64,000 nucleotides of DNA, taken from contig CM102286.1 of the NCBI GenBank assembly GCA_046563655.1, forward strand, positions 186,001 to 250,000, written 5' to 3'. The translations under genes and the position numbers were made by a program. Position 1 is the first letter of the stretch, and every line of letters begins with the position of its first letter. Shown piece after piece: positions 61,305-64,000 of this stretch. The DNA is from Yuukianura sp. NJ FZ-2021. Lineage: Eukaryota. The notes under the pieces were generated by a model that saw only the letters and a list, made by a program, of their open reading frames with translations, had not been told where the DNA came from and did not search any database.

Positions 61305-61976
61305 CGGTGTTAAGGCTAGGTCACTAAAATTGCAGCCATAGTTACTCCCTCTGAATTCAAATAGTTACTCCCTCTGTACAGAGTGACAACTTCAGGTATA
61401 TTCCAGGAATTGCATTCCGCGGGAAAACAAGTATTCCAAATATTTAAAAAAAATCGACGACAAGGAATGCTAAGTTTCAGTGAAAGGTGCTTTAACTTTA
61501 CAATTTTAGACGAGATGTTAACTGATAAAGGAAAGGTGCTAAATATTTAGTTAATTGGAAAACGAGATTTCTGGTAATCACTTATGTTGAAATTCGAAAG
61601 TGTTCAAGGTGCCACATAACTTAACAAATTAACTTTAACTGTCACTCAGGAAGGAAGAATTAAGAGAATTAGTTTAATTGCAGAGTGTTAACTTAATGGT
61701 AAATGGGAATCGAAATCCAACTTATATTTAACAACGGGTGATCTCTGGTTTACTTAAAAACTGACGCAGAAGCCTTGTTCCGGTTGCTTTAACTTTCCAT
61801 TCCAAATGAATAGATTCCAAATTAAAAATTAACTTAACATTAAAATGTAAAAGAATTGGGTGTTACTTTAGTTGACAAATCAGTGACGAAAGAGTACTTA
61901 AACGTGACAATTAGTCTCTAAAAACTTAAAAACATTAAATGAACTGAAAATCCGGATCACTTGTAACTTGTTTTTA

Positions 61977-62059
61977 CAAAATTTTCCTTAATTGGCTTTA
62001 GCCTAAAGCCAATTAAGGAAAATTTTGAATTATTCCTAAAGCCTTTAGGAATAATTCAA
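61977..62059. repeat. Two abutting perfect palindromes (25-bp and 17-bp arms, 1-nt spacers)
   Basis: CAAAATTTTCCTTAATTGGCTTTAG-C-CTAAAGCCAATTAAGGAAAATTTTG and TTGAATTATTCCTAAAG-C-CTTTAGGAATAATTCAA. Confidence 0.95.
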
Positions 62060-62230
62060 TTTGACAACGATAACGAAGAGCATTCCTTGCAGAAGTTTTA
62101 ATGTCGAGTTAGTTGAAATTAACTGAGACTTTATAGTTTTTACTGAAAGCATACAAATGTGTGACCTTAATGCCACTAAAGTTAAAGTTTTAAAGTTTAA
62201 TTTAAAGTGTCAAAAAGTGACATTATGTAA

Positions 62231-64000
<1,770 letters not shown>

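Overview
AT-rich eukaryotic genomic DNA from an arthropod with short GT-AG introns. The style suggests a basal hexapod such as a springtail, but the species cannot be proven from sequence alone. Genes in order: Fasciclin-3 (minus, two alternative cytoplasmic tails); a small secreted orphan gene; an intronless divergent ionotropic-receptor gene split by a pogo/Tc2-type MITE that itself carries a hAT MITE; a small Cys-cluster protein with an X-box; a domesticated, apparently inactive pogo-transposase gene whose ~4-kb intron appears to contain NOM1 on the same strand; PRKCSH; a second intronless IR-like gene; two RR-2/resilin-like cuticle genes flanking an ovothiol synthase (ovoA) and an SLC18B1-like MFS transporter; a compact myosin V; and the 3' half of MCM5 with an intronic U6-guiding box C/D snoRNA (SNORD67-like). 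The most striking item is an intron-containing ovoA with a single in-frame TAG at the linker between the sulfoxide-synthase and methyltransferase domains, next to a vesicular-type transporter and between resilin-like cuticle genes. Exon boundaries were read by hand and need RNA-seq confirmation.
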